Source: Spironucleus salmonicida (lineage: Eukaryota). Taken from it: a stretch of DNA of 64,000 bases. The position numbers and the translations under genes were made by a program. The notes below the pieces were generated by a model. It was given only the letters and a program-made list of their open reading frames with translations, ran no database searches and was not told the DNA's origin. The DNA lies in the NCBI RefSeq assembly GCF_000497125.1, contig NC_090602.1, positions 248,001-312,000 on the forward strand. Reading direction: 5' to 3'. Below are positions 62,485 through 64,000 of the stretch, in pieces. Each line of letters begins with the position of its first letter. The stretch's first letter is position 1.

Positions 62485-63354
62485 ATGTGCTTTTCAATGT
62501 GTGCATAACCTAAAACAGAATGGTTCCAGGCAGCCGCCACAAATAATGTAATGGTATTAAAGCAACTAAGCTAATTTAACTCATTCGATTAAGGCGATAA
62601 CGACCTTGAATCCACCCCATAAACTATTACTGGATTTGCTGGTATCCATTATGCAGCTTTTACAGGTTCAGTCTTAGCTCTTAATATTCTACTAGAGTTT
62701 GAAATAGAGGCTAAAACCCAAGTGTAAAGCATAGTTGCTATAAATAAATTACGATTTATATTGGCTGCTGGCACAACTCCCTTAATGGCAGCCGTAGCTG
62801 GAGGATAAGAAGCTTCATTTTAGTTATTAAAAACACTTAAAATGAAACGAAATAACGATGGTGTCTCAGCACTCATCATAGCTGTGCTCCTTGATAGAGA
62901 GTTTGCAATTAAAGAACTTTTTAATGAAATAAATTTATTTGACAGGGAAGGAAACTCCGCAATTTCTTATGCATGCTTATTTGGAAGATTAGAAATTCTT
63001 AAATAGTTGTAGGAGCTATGCCTTTAGTAACATGAAACGAAAATATTTTTCCTACGAGCTTTATTAACTAAAAATATTGATGGAAAGCTCCCAGTAGATA
63101 TGGCAATGTAAGCAGTGGATGAATCAAGATATAGTATATCGGCTGGTTAAAAGCAGAAATGTATGCTGACTGTTAGCAGCTTAATGACTGGTTTACAGCA
63201 GGCAGTTGATATTGGTGATGTTAAAGATATGGGAATTTAGCAGAAACTTTAAGATCTCAAAGAGGTTTATAAAAATTCAGAGATTGAGGTTGAATTATTT
63301 ATTGAAGATTGCCAAGAAGTAGATGTTAAAGAAGAAAATATGATTGTGAACTGA
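62485..63354 (+). CDS. Ankyrin-repeat protein (289 aa), diplomonad type
   Basis: WFQAA, GFAGIHYAA, GTTPLMAAV, GVSALIIAV, GNSAISYAC and GKLPVDMA. Confidence 0.88.
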
Positions 63355-63358
63355 TTTC

Positions 63359-63754
63359 TCACACTTATGATTCTAAATAATTTAAGAATCTATCACCGTC
63401 ATCAACATCTATATATGTAAATATATAATTAGATATGGATTCTAGAGCATCTAAAGAACAAGGAATTTAAAACCTTTTTCTAAATTCGTCGGGTACTATC
63501 TTTTTAGTTGATCCTATTTTTTCTTAAACCCCATTTAAGTTTAAAGATACATTAATATCAGTCCCTTCCGTTCTTGCAAATCCCCATTTAACAATTTTTT
63601 TCATATCTTCGAGATCCAAAATATATTCCTATTCTTAATACTAGTATTTCATTGGGACTTCTACATATTGATCAATAAGAAAATGCTTGCTATTTTTTTC
63701 AGAATTATATTTTATTGTATAAGGCCTAGTCAATACATATTTTATTGATGGCAT
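63359..63754 (-). CDS. Hypothetical protein (131 aa)
   Basis: Open frame MPSIKYVLTRPY...NYLESQV*. Confidence 0.65.
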
Positions 63755-63864
63755 TTTATTTATATTTGAGGATTAGGAAAATCGATAAAATTATCATATT
63801 AGGTATAATTTTGTATAATATTAAGATTATAAAGACTAATCTAGATATTTCCTTTCCTTTTATT

Positions 63865-64000
63865 ATGCCTCCTCAAACTGAAATTAAGAAAGTTAACCCT
63901 GGTATTGCAGCTATGCAGCTTAAACGTGCTGAAGCTATGGCAAAGAAGAAAGAAAAGAAGTAGAAGCAAATTGATCACCTCAATAAGATGCGTGTTAAAG
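63865..64000 (+). CDS. 3'-truncated Lys-rich protein, product unknown
   Basis: MPPQTEIKKVNPGIAAMQLKRAEAMAKKKEKKQKQ...; pyrimidine-rich motif upstream; codon usage like glycogen phosphorylase. Confidence 0.65.

Noticed and set aside
1-64000. rRNA, tRNA, CRISPR arrays, transposases, spliceosomal introns
   Set aside because: None recognised by eye. Small RNAs cannot be excluded without covariance-model searches.

Overview
Gene-dense, apparently intron-free, AT-rich eukaryotic DNA that only reads sensibly when TAA/TAG encode Gln and TGA is the sole stop. The supplied standard-code ORF track therefore shows only fragments. This code, very short intergenic spacers, AG-TGA stop contexts, C-rich motifs before ATGs and a decayed cysteine-rich membrane protein point to a hexamitid diplomonad (Spironucleus-like). 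Hand translation gives about 50 genes. Recognisable ones include SAS-4/CPAP-like, PUS7, Hikeshi, SFI1-like, ADP-ribosylglycohydrolase, SCP/NIF phosphatase, a P/U-type cyclin head-to-head with a CDK-like kinase, Nuf2, MFS and AAAP transporters, SMYD, LPCAT-like, a divergent histone H3, glycogen phosphorylase, Sec12, TFIIA-gamma-like, prefoldin, DNA ligase I, XPF, and a GC-rich island of 5 genes. The most striking item is a free-standing, extein-less, full-length intein-like gene (40001-41299, Hint + LAGLIDADG architecture) whose splicing and nuclease residues are substituted, a candidate domesticated intein. Also notable are a full-length catalytically dead PUS7 paralogue beside the active gene and a tandem pair of tail-anchored metallothionein-like micro-proteins. 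All family calls come from manual motif recognition; no database searches were run.
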